NCBI GenBank assembly: GCA_963847445.1
Contig: CAWJZV010000041.1
Span: 1-64,000, forward strand
Reading direction: 5' to 3'
From: an uncultured delta proteobacterium
GTDB lineage: Bacteria; Desulfobacterota; Binatia; UBA9968
Length of the DNA stretch: 64,000 nucleotides
Under the pieces are notes generated by a model. It was not told the DNA's origin. It saw nothing but the letters and a program-made list of their open reading frames with translations, and ran no database searches. The translations under genes and the position numbers were made by a program. Below, in pieces: positions 63,710-64,000 of the stretch. Position 1 is the first letter of the stretch, and every line of letters begins with the position of its first letter.

Positions 63710-64000
63710 ATGAAAACTCCTGGAATACGCATGTCCGTCCTGCTTATTTTGCAAACCCTGTGGTTGGGGACATCCCATGGCGCAGATGTAAGCAACCCCA
63801 AAATTGAAGAAGAATTGTTAAAACAACAAGGGATTTACCAGAGCGAAGGAGAAAGTAAGCCTGAGGGTTATGTCATCAATAGAGGGCTTTTAGCCTATAC
63901 CGACGCTCTATCGCCGGGGTTCGATCGCGCACTGGCAAATCTTGGTCCAAAAGACCGATGGCTGGATATTGGAGCAGGAGAGGGCCAAGCTATATTGGAC
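63710..64000 (+). CDS. Class I SAM-dependent methyltransferase-like protein with signal peptide (partial, runs off the window)
   Basis: AAGGAG RBS; MKTPGIRMSVLLILQTLWLGTSHGA then WLDIGAGEG motif I. Confidence 0.65.
   Translation, partial: MKTPGIRMSVLLILQTLWLGTSHGADVSNPKIEEELLKQQGIYQSEGESKPEGYVINRGLLAYTDALSPGFDRALANLGPKDRWLDIGAGEGQAILD

Overview
GC-rich bacterial chromosomal window with no rRNA, tRNA, CRISPR array or transposase visible. The gene style (many NMT1/SsuA-like and TctC solute-binding proteins, several UbiD paralogues, deltaproteobacterial-type housekeeping genes) suggests a Candidatus Binatia/Binatota-like organism; this is inference only. Most genes are broken by single-base indels, including proC and mscL, which points to long-read consensus errors, so I reconstructed genes across frameshifts. 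Layout: (1) 1-12 kb and 25.5-29.4 kb hold catabolic clusters with solute-binding proteins, TctABC, a ComDE-like TPP enzyme, an F420-type LLM, and two divergent paralogous copies of a CADD/TenA-like diiron protein followed by a UbiD decarboxylase. (2) 12-16.4 kb is an Fe/thiamine-type ABC transporter. (3) 16.8-25.5 kb is a CHASE2 class III cyclase with atypical specificity residues, a FecR-TPR-beta-barrel outer-membrane protein, an 18-Cys secreted protein and a DsbA-like protein. (4) 29.4-49.4 kb is mixed: a JAB protease missed by the ORF track, a phthaloyl-CoA-decarboxylase-like UbiD, a fused MFS/spermidine synthase with an inserted domain, proC, YdbH/YdbL, mscL, OmpA and glycerate kinase. (5) 49.5-58.6 kb is an intact core block (plsC-rnj-ftsK-lolA-rimO-dksA-gluQ, ssb). 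(6) 58.7-63 kb is a sigma54 activator with a complete UAS/IHF/-24-12 promoter upstream of an AurF-like diiron enzyme and an acyl-CoA-dehydrogenase-fold protein. The best candidates for undescribed systems are the diiron-UbiD module and the cyclase/FecR-TPR-barrel/Cys-rich protein locus.
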